DNA of 64,000 nt from Heteronotia binoei (Eukaryota). The translations under genes were made by a program, and so were the position numbers. The notes under the pieces were generated by a model. The model saw only the letters and a list, made by a program, of their open reading frames with translations, was not told where the DNA came from and did no database searches. The stretch spans positions 70,866,001 to 70,930,000 of the forward strand of contig NC_083228.1 in the NCBI RefSeq assembly GCF_032191835.1, given 5' to 3'. Shown piece after piece: positions 48,381-57,483 of the stretch. The first letter of the stretch is position 1. Each line of letters begins with the position of its first letter.

Positions 48381-48776
48381 TGCCCCCCCAGTCGGAAAGA
48401 AGAGGCAGACACAGTTGTTGGGTTTAAAACCGGGCCGCTTTATTAACATTAACAAAAATAACTGGCAGGGGGAAGGAAACAGACCAGACAAGCCCTGGGG
48501 TCAACACCTGGACCCCGCCTTGTCCAAAGGGCGAGCCACCCTGCCCCCAGCACAAACCCGCCGTGATCGGGTTGTAACTGAGCGGCCAGGCCTCCAGCCA
48601 TCACCAACCGGGCTGGAACAATCCCCATGGAAAGATCCACCCAGGTGAGGCTCCCTGTGTTCTGCATCACCGTACTGAGCCGTTTAGCCCATCTACGGTT
48701 CCTGCAGACACCGCACCAAAGGTGCTAGGCCATAGGTGCTCCCCTGGAAAACCCTGTGGCCAAACCTAATCCAGCC
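48381..48776 (-). repeat. Ngaro-2 repeat B2 (396 bp), AATAAA at 48444-48439
   Basis: Matches 49121-49516 with one mismatch seen (48517 G / 49257 A). Confidence 0.95.
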
Positions 48777-48938
48777 TGCGACCAAACTAGAACACAACAG
48801 AAGCTAACCTAATAGGCAATACAAGGTAGGCGAAAAACACCCCAGCAAAGGCCAATTGTGCGGGAGTGAAAAAATTCCTACCTGGCCCCAAAAGGCAACC
48901 GGTATACACCTGTACTGCCAATGGGAAGGGTGGGCGGG

Positions 48939-49120
48939 CAGAGAGCCGAAATCAAACTGCGTGCTAGGGCGGGAGCCGGGGCTTATATAGCCCCGCCTCC
49001 ACGCCCGGCCAAGCACCCGTATATCGGGTGATTCTTCCACCCCTCCCTCCTTCCGGAGGGGCAAAGACGGCCCCCAGCCTATGGCCTGCAAGCAGGCTTG
49101 GCTGGGAAGGGGCCGAACCT
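48939..49120 (-). repeat. Ngaro-2 repeat A2 (182 bp)
   Basis: Matches 54922-55103 with one mismatch seen. Confidence 0.95.
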
Positions 49121-49516
49121 TGCCCCCCCAGTCGGAAAGAAGAGGCAGACACAGTTGTTGGGTTTAAAACCGGGCCGCTTTATTAACATTAACAAAAATA
49201 ACTGGCAGGGGGAAGGAAACAGACCAGACAAGCCCTGGGGTCAACACCTGGACCCCACCTTGTCCAAAGGGCGAGCCACCCTGCCCCCAGCACAAACCCG
49301 CCGTGATCGGGTTGTAACTGAGCGGCCAGGCCTCCAGCCATCACCAACCGGGCTGGAACAATCCCCATGGAAAGATCCACCCAGGTGAGGCTCCCTGTGT
49401 TCTGCATCACCGTACTGAGCCGTTTAGCCCATCTACGGTTCCTGCAGACACCGCACCAAAGGTGCTAGGCCATAGGTGCTCCCCTGGAAAACCCTGTGGC
49501 CAAACCTAATCCAGCC
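49121..49516 (-). repeat. Ngaro-2 repeat B1, abutting A2 (circle-junction sequence GGGCAA/GGTTCGG)
   Basis: Direct copy of B2 at an offset of 740 bp. Confidence 0.95.
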
Positions 49517-49519
49517 ACC

Positions 49520-49550
49520 GCCAATGCCAAGCCTCTGCTTAGGCATTAGC
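49520..49550 (-). other. Conserved RNA hairpin with AGAG loop at the SGNH stop (Ngaro-2)
   Basis: GCTAATGCC(T)AAGC-AGAG-GCTTGGCATTGGC, 13 pairs with one bulged U. Confidence 0.72.
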
Positions 49551-50141
49551 GCCCCACCGGGTGGCCCAGAGCCAACCGCACCCCCTGCCGGATTTCATCC
49601 AAAAAGGCCCGGTTACCCAAATTAGATAAGTGAACGCCATCGGGCCGATACAGGTCAACTTGCTCGACCCGTATGGCCGGATGAGGGAGGTATATTCCTA
49701 ATCCCTCCTCCATGGCCTTCTGAATGGCCCTATTGGCCTTACGTCTGGCCCGCTCGATTCCCCCCGGGGAAATGGCGTACCTCCACACCCTACGCGGCAA
49801 AATTGCGGACCATACCAATACGACCCCAGGCCACCTGCGACGAATTTCGCGGAGGTCAGCCAACGCCTGCTGGGACAGAGCCTTCCCCTGCAGCAGACCC
49901 AAGTCGTTCCCGCCCAGGTGAACGACAAGAATGTGTGGAGGTAATGCCTTCCGCTCCAGGAATAAGAGTGGCATGATGCCGGGCCAGCGCAGCCCCCGAC
50001 GACCCAGCCATTCGACAGTGGCCCATTCACTGAGACCCAGCTGGGTGCCCACAGGAGACCGCCTGGAGAAATGGGCAGCCCAAAAAACCATGCTGTGCCC
50101 GCAGATGAGAACCCGCCGTCTCTCACCCCGAGCCACAGCAC
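49546..50141 (-). CDS. Ngaro-2 SGNH hydrolase exon
   Basis: ICGHS, LGGND, DGVH; preceded by GCTGAC-TGTTGTTTGTTTTTTCAG. Confidence 0.92.
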
Positions 50142-53100
50142 CTGAAAAAACAAACAACAGTCAGCAAAGTGCCCAACAGTTAACCAACCCCCCCCCACCT
50201 ACCTGTTAGGCGACCAGGGGGCGTACATAAGACCTATAAGCCGCCGAGCGCCAACGACCGATACGCTGAATGGCCGAGGGCGTGTAGCCCATAGCAGCAG
50301 CTGTGGAAGCCGCCCCAATCCGGAAGGAATGCGTCCCAAATTTGACGCCAGTGAGACCCAATCGAACCAGGGCCTTACTTGTGACAGACCAAAACTGATA
50401 TTTGGTAAGAGGAGAACCGTCATCATGCCTGAGAAAGGGACCTAGGGCCTCGCCCCTGAGTTGGGCGTAACGGCGAACGGCCCTGACCGGACATAATTCC
50501 TGCAAAGCACACATGCCGATCGTGATGACGGTTCCCCTCTGCCTCTGATCAGTCTTGGACCTGCGAATCGTCAGAACCAGCTGACTATTGGTGATTTTTA
50601 CATCTCCGGATTGGAGCGCCCTACCAGACGTGTCAGCTTTTGACTGCACTACGAGCTCACTTACGCGCAGGGCCCCAAAGAAGGCCAACAACGAGGCAGC
50701 GTGGAATAGCGCCGACTCAAATGGGGAGGAACAGACCCTGGACCAACCCCCAAACAATCCGCGGAGGACTGACGGGGATATGGGCTGTCTGTCATCTACC
50801 TGACGCACCCGCTCACGAGACCACCCTTCAAGCATCTTCCTAACCCTAAAATCTCCGGTGGGCTCCGTGAGGCCCCGAGCCTTTCTTACAAAGGCCAACG
50901 CTGCCAATTGTCCCTTTATGGTTTTTAGCCCCAGGCCTCTTTCCCTTTGATGCACGCAAAATTGCATGATGTGCTCAACTGGGATTGGCCAGGAATCCGG
51001 GAGTGCTACAGCCCCCCTAAACTCACCAAATTGGGCAGTCGCTCTGGCATATGCCCTCCTCGTACTAGGTGCTAGCGCCAACTGAATGGCCCTACCGGCT
51101 TCTTGTTCCCAAGCCTCCAGAGTTCCGCGGGCATTTCCGCCGGACATGAATCTGCCTCTGGGGCCAACAGCCGGAAACGCTCCATCTGTTGGCGAGACAG
51201 AGCATCCGCCACACCATTGCAAACCCCCGGTACGTGCCTAGCCAGGAATAATACATTCAACCGGAGGCAACGCAGGGTAAAAAACCTAACCAGATTCATG
51301 ACCGCAGCCGATTTTGAAGTCAAGGAGTTGATAACATGTACTACAGCCATGTTATCACACCAAAACAGAACTGAATGGTTGGCAAGCTGCTCTCCCCACA
51401 GGCAAACGGCCACCAAGATGGGGAAAAATTCCAGAAACGTGAGGTCTCTACAGAGCCCGCTTTCCAACCAGTCAGCAGGCCATTGCTCGGCACACCAATG
51501 GCCCCTGAAGTATACCCCAAAACCACTAGCCCCGGAAGCATCCGAAGAAATTTGAAGCTCAGCCTCAATCTTAAGTTCCTCCCTCCAAAAGGAAACCCCA
51601 TTGAAGGAGTCAAGGAACTCCTCCCAAACCTCCAAATCCGCTCTCATTCCGGCATTAACACGGACCCTATGGTGAGGGAGGCGCAGCCGGCCCATGGCGT
51701 CACAAAAGCGTCGCAAAAAGGCCCTGCCTGGGGCCACCACTTTGCAAGCAAAGTTAAGGTGGCCCACCAACTGCTGTAATTCTAAAAGGGAAACCTTCCG
51801 CTGCCCCTTCAAGGCGGCCAACCGATTTCTAAGGTCGGAGACCTTATTCTCCGGTAAACGTGATGTCTGCTGGAGAGTGTCCAGCTCAATACCTAGAAAA
51901 GTAAGAACCGTGCTGGGGCCCTCGGTTTTTTCGTGAGCCAGCGGCACACCAAGCTCGAGGGCCAACCCCTGAAAGGAGCGTAACAACCTGTCGCATTGAC
52001 CCGATCCTGCGGGACCTACAAAAAGGTAATCGTCAAGGTAATGCGCCGTGTCGTTAACCCCCGTCCTAACCCTGAGCGCCCATTCCAAAAAGGAACTGAA
52101 TCGCTCGAACGCTGCACAGGAGATGGAACATCCCATCGGCAAAGCCCGGTCCATGTAGAATTTCCCTTCAAAGGAAAAACCCAATAACTCAAAATCATCG
52201 GGGTGTACCGGCAAGAGGCGAAATGCAGACTTAATGTCGCATTTTGCCAACTCCGCCCCCATCCCGCATCCGCGAACTACTTTGACCGCCTGGTCAAAGG
52301 AAGTATAACGGACTGAACAAAGTTCCTCAGGGATAGCATCGTTCACCGAAGCTCCCCTGGGATAAGACAAATGGTGTATAATCCTATACTCACCGGGTGC
52401 CTTTTTGGGAACCACCCCCAAAGGGGATACCCTCAATGTGGGCACAGGCGGTACATCAAAGGGGCCAAGGACCCTGCCTTCCTGGCATTCTTTAGCAATT
52501 TTTTCCCGAACCACATGTTCGAGTCCAACCACCGATTTAAGGTTGGGAGCTACAAAGGGGGCCCTACGCCCCCTGTACGGGATCCGAAACCCCAGCGTAA
52601 AACCGTCCAGTAAATACCTGGCATCGGCCCTACAGGGATATGCGACCAATAACCTACTGAGAGCCGGAAGGCGGATGGGGCTGGGCCCCTTTTCCAGGTG
52701 GCGGTGCACCGCCACCGCCGCCTCCGGGACGCTTACCGCCCGGTCCGGGCTTGGATCTACTGCAGGCTGACAATGAGTGGGGCCCACTGCACAGGGGACA
52801 TTCGTGACGGAATTTACAGGGCTTCCTGGGACAAGCCCCCTTGGAAGCGAATTCCCAGCACAACAACCGGGTTTGAACCGGCTGGCCCGCGGAAACGCGG
52901 GCAGCTGGGGAGGCCTGCTGTTGCTGTGATCTCTGCACCAGGTGGCCGCTGTCGGACCTATCCCCAGCATTTGGTTTTGCTGGAGCCATCAGCTGCAACC
53001 ACAGCTGCTGGTTTATTTGGTCCCACGGCATTGCCGGATTGACGGCAGCCCGCATCCGGAAGGCTTCGTCATACTGCAGCCAAGCTGCCCCGGCGAAGTC

Positions 53101-54183
53101 CGTATAAGCCCTATAGATTATGTCCACGTATTGAAAGAGGGCGGCCGCCCTAGCCGGCTGCGCTCTTGCAATGACCCCGGCGTAAATCAAAAAACCGGGC
53201 AACCAGTTTGCCCAAGACCTATCGATCTTCCTACGCTTTAGTTTTTCCTTGTCCCTGTCGTCCAGCTCGTCCTTACTTTTTCTCTCGAGCTCTCTGAACA
53301 GGAGACCAAAAACATCCACGTACTCCCCGCGGAAAATTTTCTCCCGCGTGGCCGGCGTCAGATGATCCCCCAACGGCAACGAAGTGTCGCCGTAGGGAAA
53401 GGCGTGAAAGGGGATGCTAGCATAGGGATCTGGGGGGTAAAACCACCCGCCCACTTGAGCTGCGGGCCATGGCCCCCGCAACTGCGCCCCCTGCAGGCCA
53501 CCCCAAGGCAAAAAGCCAGGTGTGGGCAGTGAGGTGGGGGCTGCATGCGGTACCCCAGCGCCCACCTGTTGGCCCATAGGGGCAGGAACTGCGTTTGACG
53601 ACAAACTGGAGGTATGTGGCCCCCAAGCCCATGGCTGAGCGGAACCCACCTGCTCACTGGCGCCTAGCCACCCAGGTCCCCATCCCAACCCACTCGGCCC
53701 CGGCAAATGAGGGGTCGGCTGGGCGAAGCCCCAAGGCCACCCGGGAACTGGCAGAGAAATAGGCTTACCACCATCACCAGGAAAGGCGCCCGGACCTCCA
53801 GAAGGCTGCGGTCCACCACTTCCCGATGCCCCTGCACCCGATGGCGCACCTGATGGGCCTTCGCCAGGGTCCTCATCTTGATCAGGTTCCAACGGCGCAT
53901 CGGGCTCCGACTGCCCCTCCTGTAAAGCAGACAGCCTTGCCAGTAATTCAGTTTCAAAAGTTAGCCGGGCCGACCTTCCAGTGGCACGGCGACGGCCCTC
54001 CCAGATGGGTGCACCTCTGGCCACACGCTCCTGTTCCAGAGCTTCCAATTGACTGATAATGGCGAGACGAACTCGCTCATTCTGATCCTGCTCCTCAACA
54101 GGGGCACCTTGCTGGCCCCTCCCCCGAGGTGGGCGGGCGGGCTGCTTGCCCTTAGACTTGCCCTGTCCCTTTTTAGGAGCCAT
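49546..54183 (-). CDS. Predicted spliced GagN-SGNH fusion, complement(join(49546..50141,53769..54183)), 336 aa
   Basis: Donor GTG|GTAAGC and acceptor TTTCAG|GT are both phase 1; junction reads GDG-G-AVARGERRRVLICGHS. Confidence 0.72.
50206..51222 (-). CDS. Ngaro-2 tyrosine recombinase
   Basis: LRVSEL, SKTD, HSFRIG, GRW, YRSY. Confidence 0.95.
   Translation of the reverse strand: MQWCGGCSVSPTDGAFPAVGPRGRFMSGGNARGTLEAWEQEAGRAIQLALAPSTRRAYARATAQFGEFRGAVALPDSWPIPVEHIMQFCVHQRERGLGLKTIKGQLAALAFVRKARGLTEPTGDFRVRKMLEGWSRERVRQVDDRQPISPSVLRGLFGGWSRVCSSPFESALFHAASLLAFFGALRVSELVVQSKADTSGRALQSGDVKITNSQLVLTIRRSKTDQRQRGTVITIGMCALQELCPVRAVRRYAQLRGEALGPFLRHDDGSPLTKYQFWSVTSKALVRLGLTGVKFGTHSFRIGAASTAAAMGYTPSAIQRIGRWRSAAYRSYVRPLVA
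51072..52970 (-). CDS. pol: Ngaro-2 reverse transcriptase / RNase H; true start unknown
   Basis: HYLDDYLF, KCDIKSAFRLLP; RNase H SDASG / LEFFP / WCDN / ADALSR. Confidence 0.95.
   Translation of the reverse strand: MLGIGPTAATWCRDHSNSRPPQLPAFPRASRFKPGCCAGNSLPRGLVPGSPVNSVTNVPCAVGPTHCQPAVDPSPDRAVSVPEAAVAVHRHLEKGPSPIRLPALSRLLVAYPCRADARYLLDGFTLGFRIPYRGRRAPFVAPNLKSVVGLEHVVREKIAKECQEGRVLGPFDVPPVPTLRVSPLGVVPKKAPGEYRIIHHLSYPRGASVNDAIPEELCSVRYTSFDQAVKVVRGCGMGAELAKCDIKSAFRLLPVHPDDFELLGFSFEGKFYMDRALPMGCSISCAAFERFSSFLEWALRVRTGVNDTAHYLDDYLFVGPAGSGQCDRLLRSFQGLALELGVPLAHEKTEGPSTVLTFLGIELDTLQQTSRLPENKVSDLRNRLAALKGQRKVSLLELQQLVGHLNFACKVVAPGRAFLRRFCDAMGRLRLPHHRVRVNAGMRADLEVWEEFLDSFNGVSFWREELKIEAELQISSDASGASGFGVYFRGHWCAEQWPADWLESGLCRDLTFLEFFPILVAVCLWGEQLANHSVLFWCDNMAVVHVINSLTSKSAAVMNLVRFFTLRCLRLNVLFLARHVPGVCNGVADALSRQQMERFRLLAPEADSCPAEMPAELWRLGNKKPVGPFSWR
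52654..54183 (-). CDS. gag: Ngaro-2 Gag-like ORF1 (509 aa from the ATG)
   Basis: Basic N-terminus, two amphipathic helices, W/P/G-rich linker, WANWLPGF..YDEAFRMRAA, C-x7-C-x4-C-x3-H followed by C-x2-C-x3-H-x4-C. Confidence 0.92.
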   Translation of the reverse strand: MAPKKGQGKSKGKQPARPPRGRGQQGAPVEEQDQNERVRLAIISQLEALEQERVARGAPIWEGRRRATGRSARLTFETELLARLSALQEGQSEPDAPLEPDQDEDPGEGPSGAPSGAGASGSGGPQPSGGPGAFPGDGGKPISLPVPGWPWGFAQPTPHLPGPSGLGWGPGWLGASEQVGSAQPWAWGPHTSSLSSNAVPAPMGQQVGAGVPHAAPTSLPTPGFLPWGGLQGAQLRGPWPAAQVGGWFYPPDPYASIPFHAFPYGDTSLPLGDHLTPATREKIFRGEYVDVFGLLFRELERKSKDELDDRDKEKLKRRKIDRSWANWLPGFLIYAGVIARAQPARAAALFQYVDIIYRAYTDFAGAAWLQYDEAFRMRAAVNPAMPWDQINQQLWLQLMAPAKPNAGDRSDSGHLVQRSQQQQASPAARVSAGQPVQTRLLCWEFASKGACPRKPCKFRHECPLCSGPHSLSACSRSKPGPGGKRPGGGGGGAPPPGKGAQPHPPSGSQ

Positions 54184-54921
54184 CACTAACAGGTGACAAG
54201 CAATGAAGCAAAGTTGGGGCTAACTGGCCAGTCAGGGGGCCCTTTCCACACCACCCCCCTCCCAGTAGGAGGAGATGAATGCCCCCACCAAAGAGGTGGT
54301 GCAACTACCCCTCCCCAGCCCCACACAACACCAAACTTATCAAAAGGCCGTGCAGGAAAGGAAAAATCTGGTGTCTTCTGCAGGCAAAACGGAGACAGTT
54401 ACACTGCCCCTAGAACCTTCCAACCCACACCGGACGGGAAGGAATGAGGAGATAGGAAGCTACCCAAGGCACAAGCTCCTGCCTTCCAGGCCAGTTAAAA
54501 GGAAACAGAGGGAGGGGGGGGGTGTATTTCAGCGACTGGAAACCCGGCCCACCCCCTTAGGAAGGAAACCCCGGGAGAAGGCCACCACCAATATGCAGCC
54601 AGCAGACCCGGCTCCTTTTACTGGGGCCGTTCCACGCCGCCCTCTAGCCTCCCCCCAGACCCTCCGATAATCGTGCTGTTCGCCGCGCTACTCAGCCGCC
54701 GCAAGCGCGTCCCCGTGGCAACGCCTCCCAGCCGCCCAACAGCTGATTCCTGAAGTGCCGCCTGTAAATCGCCGCCGCAAGCGCGCCTCGCCGCGCCAAG
54801 AGCCCGCCGACCAGCTGGTCCTCAGAAGCTCGCCGCGCCTCTACCGTCGACCGCTGCACGCGCTCGTCACCCAAGCTGCCCAGGCCTAGCCCTGCAGCAG
54901 CCGACCAATGTGGCTCTCGCA

Positions 54922-55103
54922 CAGAGAGCCGAAATCAAACTGCGTGCTAGGGCGGGAGCCGGGGCTTATATAGCCCCGCCTCCACGCCCGGCCAAGCACC
55001 CGTATATCGGGTGATTCTTCCGCCCCTCCCTCCTTCCGGAGGGGCAAAGACGGCCCCCAGCCTATGGCCTGCAAGCAGGCTTGGCTGGGAAGGGGCCGAA
55101 CCT
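54922..55103 (-). promoter_or_regulatory. Ngaro-2 repeat A1 with Pol II core promoter
   Basis: TATATAA at 54972-54966 inside GGGGCT..AGCCCC; Inr-like GCAGTTT with the A at 54941, 31 nt downstream. Confidence 0.8.
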
Positions 55104-56123
55104 TTTTTCTTTGTTGGGGTGGGATGCAGTGTTATTTATGTCAGAAAGAGACATTTTAATTTTTATTGCATTGCATTACAATCACTATTCCAATATACCA
55201 GGGTTTCCCAAACTTTTTTCCCATGGCCTGGTTACATTTACACTTCTCCTTCATGGCCCATGAAAATTCAGGGGTGGAGCCAGGAGACTTTGGGGGTGGA
55301 GCTGGGAGATAGGAAATGATGTCATTTCCTGTGATGTTACTTCCAGGTCAAGGGCCAAGAGATGTCACTTCTAGGGCACACTGAATCAAAACTCCACCTC
55401 TTCCTGTGATGTCATTTCCAGGGCACTCCCCCAAACCTGCCTCTTCTTCTGAAGTAACTTCATTTTCAGAAAAATTTATATGAAATCCATGCTGAGCCAA
55501 GTGGGCGGTCTGCAACTTGTTAATACATTCCCAGGGTCCTCTCTTTCCACTCCAACACCTGCATGCACCTATCTGTTTGTGTATTCTTCTCCAGCTTGCC
55601 AGCACTCCTAATGCCCATGTTCAATTGCCTGCACCACCTACACACCCCTTCCTCAACAGCACTGGCCATTGTATGAAGTTGGGACTGCTGTTGCCATTGC
55701 CATCAGGAATGCCAGCACTGTGTACCACCCATAGTGGGCCCTGACAGCTGCTCTACCTCAAAATATGCTGATGCATTTAGTAGGCTGCTAAATCCTACCT
55801 TCAGCTGCTACTACTGGAACCCTGCCTCAAGCTACAACCAAGCTCACTTGGTTTCAAACAAATCTTTTGACAGTTATTTTTCAAACTTTTCCTTGGCTGA
55901 AGCACTAGGAAATTGCTGTGAAAGGTAGCAGAGAATTGTACTGCAATTAATGAATTAATTTCAAGTTATATGAAGTCCATACAAGCTTATCTGCTGCTAT
56001 CCCAAAAAGGATATTTATGAGAGACTTGCAGCTTTTTACTGGCTGTGTTTCCCATGCCTTTAAAAGCAACCTTTAATTAAGCAGTTATTAATCAACACTT
56101 TGTCAAAGATGGAGAAGCTCCTT

Positions 56124-56989
56124 AAAGTCAGCAAAAACAAGACTTGGAGCTGTCTGCGGCTCGGATCATGAGCTACTCATTGCAAAATTCAGGCTTAAAC
56201 TGAAGAAAACTGGGGAAACCATTAGGCCATTCAGATTTGACCTTGATCACATCCCTTATGAATATACAGTGGAGGTGAATAGGTTTAAGGAACTAGAGTT
56301 GATAGACAGAGTGCCTGAAGAACTATGGATGGAGGTTCGTGACGTTGTACAGAAGGCAGCAATCAGCACCATCCCAAAGAAAAATAAATGCAAGAAAGCA
56401 AAGTGGCTGTCTGATGAGGCTTTACAAATAGCTAAGAAAAGCTAAAGTAAAGGTGAAAAGGAAAGATTCACCCAACTGAACGCAGATTTCCAGAGAACAG
56501 CAAGGAGAGATAAGGAGGCCTTCCTGAAGGAACAATGCAAAGCAATAGAGGAAAATAATAGAATGGGAAGGACAAAAGATCACTTCAAGAAAATTGGAGA
56601 AATCAAGGGAATGTTTAGTGCAAAGATGGCCATGATAAAGGACAAAAATGGTAGGGACCTAACAAAAGCAGAAGAGATTAGGAAGAGTATATAGGCAAGA
56701 ATATACAGAAGTATTATACAAGAAGGATCTCAATGTCCTTAACAACCAATATGGTGAAATCGCTGACCTAAAGTCAGACATTCTGGAGTGTGAAGTCAAG
56801 CATTACTAACAACAAAGTGAGCGGAGATGACAGTATCCCAGTTGAGCTATTCAAAGTCCTAAAAGATGATGCTGTTAAAGTGATGCACTTATTATGTTAG
56901 CAGATTTGGAAATGCAACAGTGGCCACAGGATTGGAAGAGATCAGTTTATATTCCAATCTCAAAGAAGGCTAATGCCAAGGAATGTTCA
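56124..56989 (+). mobile_element. RTE-BovB LINE, segment 1 (end of endonuclease and linker)
   Basis: CGSDHELLIAKFRLKLKK..DRVPEELWMEV..IPVELFKVLKDDAVK..AKECS. Confidence 0.92.
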
Positions 56990-57422
56990 TGAATGAATGA
57001 ATAAACTTTATTACGGTCATAGACCAATATCAAAGCTATAACACATCATGTGAAAACCCTCCTAAAATACATAAACACAATAAAATACATAATTTTTTCC
57101 CCCAGCTATACAGATCCAGGATAACTAAAATACATTTTACTGATTATAAAATCCAAAGTTGGTTCAAATTTATATAAAATCCTTTAAATCATAATATGTA
57201 AAATCATATATAACCTCAAATTCAACAGTTCATACAAGACTGCAATTTTCTTGTTTCTTAGTATGGAACTTCACAAGGTAATGGCAGAATTTAGCTATCT
57301 GTCTAGAGATATATGGACTTGCATCCACCAAGAGTTTCTCCAAACACACCCCGTCCGCGTCTGCCATTGGATTAACTACAAATGGGGAGACAAACCTATC
57401 CCTATGTAATTGGTGGAATGGG
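56990..57422 (-). mobile_element. 3' end of a LINE of unresolved clade, inserted in BovB
   Basis: C-terminus ..EKLLVDASPYISRQIAKFC..*; tail GACCGTAATAAAGTTTATTCATTCATTCA; flanked by CAAGGAATGTTCA at 56977-56989 and 57423-57435. Confidence 0.7.
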
Positions 57423-57483
57423 CAAGGAATGTTCATGTTCAAACTATTGCACCATTGCACTCATTTCACATGCCTACAAGATT
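57423..57483 (+). mobile_element. RTE-BovB segment 2
   Basis: Reads CSNYCTIALISHA, the continuation of AKECS. Confidence 0.8.

Larger units (their letters stand above)
48381..55103 (-). mobile_element. Ngaro-2: apparently intact YR retrotransposon with split direct repeats A1-ORFs-B1-A2-spacer-B2
   Basis: A1 54922-55103 matches A2 48939-49120; B1 49121-49516 matches B2 48381-48776; four open ORFs. Confidence 0.96.

Noticed and set aside
51103-52770. Several plus-strand ORFs of 60-150 aa antisense to Ngaro-2 pol, and similar ones antisense to Ngaro-1
   Set aside because: No recognisable motifs, not conserved between the two elements, and expected in GC-rich coding DNA
54692-54922. 76-aa leader ORF in Ngaro-2
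   Set aside because: GTG start in GC-rich sequence and no counterpart in the Ngaro-1 leader
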